Shown here piece after piece: positions 62,758 through 64,000 of a stretch of 64,000 bases of DNA. Within the stretch, counting starts at the first letter, position 1. Every line of letters starts with the position of its first letter. A program made the translations under genes and the position numbers. The DNA comes from Nitrospirota bacterium (GTDB lineage: Bacteria; Nitrospirota; UBA9217), in the NCBI GenBank assembly GCA_963751455.1, contig CAVVUN010000015.1, forward strand, positions 736,001-800,000, read 5' to 3'. The notes beneath the pieces were generated by a model that saw nothing but the letters and a program-made list of their open reading frames with translations, had not been told where the DNA came from and did no database searches.

Positions 62758-62896
62758 TCGATGGCTTTAAATTATCATATTTCGTCTATCTGTTCAAGCA
62801 GTTAATGTGACAAGCATCTCCGGTGCCCGCTTGCGCATTGTACCGTTGGTTCGAACCACAAATTCTGTTTTTTTACGACTACATCGAAAAAATTAC

Positions 62897-62924
62897 GGAA
62901 CAAAATCCGAATAAATCCGTTTAA
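62897..62924 (+). promoter_or_regulatory. ECF2-type promoter upstream of TolC gene
   Basis: GGAAC-N16-CGTTTAA. Confidence 0.7.
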
Positions 62925-63005
62925 CAGATATAAGAGGAAAACAACGTGCTTTGAGGGCGGCAAATTTGCTCCCGCCCGTACTCGATGAAAGGATAAATAA
63001 AGTTC

Positions 63006-64000
63006 ATGCCGCGGTTGAAAACGTTCAGTCTCGCTGTTGTTTTGCTCCTGACCTTTCAGGCTATTTACGCTTTTTCCGCCGAAATACAGCAAGAACGGCT
63101 TCCCGAAGAGAAGATTCAAGACCATAACCCTGCTTCTGAAAAGCCGAAGACAGATATAAAGACCTTGACGCTCGATCAATGCATCGAACTGACCCTTGAG
63201 AATAATCCCGGGCTCCAGATTGAGCGGGAAAAGATAGTCGAGCTTGAGAACGATTATCGTATCGCGTCATCCGGTCTCTACCCGAGATTGACCGCGAGCG
63301 CCTATTATACGAAGCTGGACCAGGACCGTATCGGAGTGCTTCCCGGGATGGCATACTCCGAGGAAACGCTGGGGCAGCTCAAGCTGAAACAGCTTCTGTT
63401 CGACGGCGGGAGGATTGGTTACAACAGCCGTGCCGCAGCAAAGGCAGCGGAAGCCCAGCGCGAATCCGCTGAAGCCGCGCGCCTCGATACCGTCTATGCG
63501 GTAAGCCAGGCATATTACCGTCTCCTCGAGGCGCGTGAACTTCTGCGCGTCGGGGAAAACTCGCGGTCTCAGCGTGAGGCATTCTTGAAACTGACCGATA
63601 GCTACCATAAGGCGGGAAAGGCCACGCGCCTCGAAACGCTCAGGGCAGAGGCCCAGCTCCTGGATGCTGAAAGGACCCTTATCCAGGCGGGGGAAGCGAT
63701 GCGGATCAGCGAATTGATACTCAAAAAGACCATGGGCATCGGTGTACAGGCATTGATTGACATCGCGGACGGGCTGCCGGACGCGTTCGCCGAGCCGGGT
63801 CAGGAAGAAATACTGTTTACGCAGGTCCTTGAAAACAATCCGGACTTGAAAAGGAGCGCTCAGTTTAAAGAGCAGGCCAGGCTGTCGATAGATTCCGCGG
63901 CAGGGTCTTATTTGCCGGAACTCAGCCTGCAGGCGTCGTACGGGTACCGCGATCGCGGCGCCGGCAGTGCCGGGGAAGAATGGACAGCGGGCGTGTTTCT
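63006..64000 (+). CDS. TolC-family outer-membrane efflux protein (3' end outside window)
   Basis: own translation: signal peptide MPRLKTFSLAVVLLL, LTLDQCIEL.LENNP, Q.LFDGG, AYY.LL, YLPELSL; absent from ORF track because no stop. Confidence 0.85.
   Translation, partial: MPRLKTFSLAVVLLLTFQAIYAFSAEIQQERLPEEKIQDHNPASEKPKTDIKTLTLDQCIELTLENNPGLQIEREKIVELENDYRIASSGLYPRLTASAYYTKLDQDRIGVLPGMAYSEETLGQLKLKQLLFDGGRIGYNSRAAAKAAEAQRESAEAARLDTVYAVSQAYYRLLEARELLRVGENSRSQREAFLKLTDSYHKAGKATRLETLRAEAQLLDAERTLIQAGEAMRISELILKKTMGIGVQALIDIADGLPDAFAEPGQEEILFTQVLENNPDLKRSAQFKEQARLSIDSAAGSYLPELSLQASYGYRDRGAGSAGEEWTAGVF

Overview
A 64-kb accessory (genomic-island-like) region from a bacterium of moderate GC content. 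The gene content suggests Nitrospirota or Desulfobacterota, but this is inference only. No rRNA, tRNA or CRISPR array was seen. There are three interleaved themes. (1) Copper/heavy-metal and envelope-stress genes: copA, HMA/YHS/FixH-like proteins, Met/His-rich exported proteins, two ECF sigma/anti-sigma modules and the start of a TolC gene, with c-di-GMP and two-component signalling genes. (2) Defence and toxin-antitoxin blocks: LexA + large N6-methyltransferase + PD-(D/E)XK nuclease; a type II R-M pair; an AbiJ/HEPN protein; a Lamassu/ABC-three-component system; a stand-alone RNase H; several HicAB and PIN pairs; two RadC/JAB genes. (3) Mobile DNA: two IS3-family copies, a group II intron 5' fragment and a ~160-bp MITE family with 5-bp target duplications. 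Three candidate regulons can be read from repeated promoter motifs: GTAAC-N16/17-CGTCT (ECF1), GGAAC-N16-CGTTTAA (ECF2), and a TGTATCAAATACTACA-type box paired with sigma54 promoters. About ten genes carry single frameshifts, probably largely assembly indel errors, so pseudogene calls are tentative. All family assignments are from motif recognition, not database searches.
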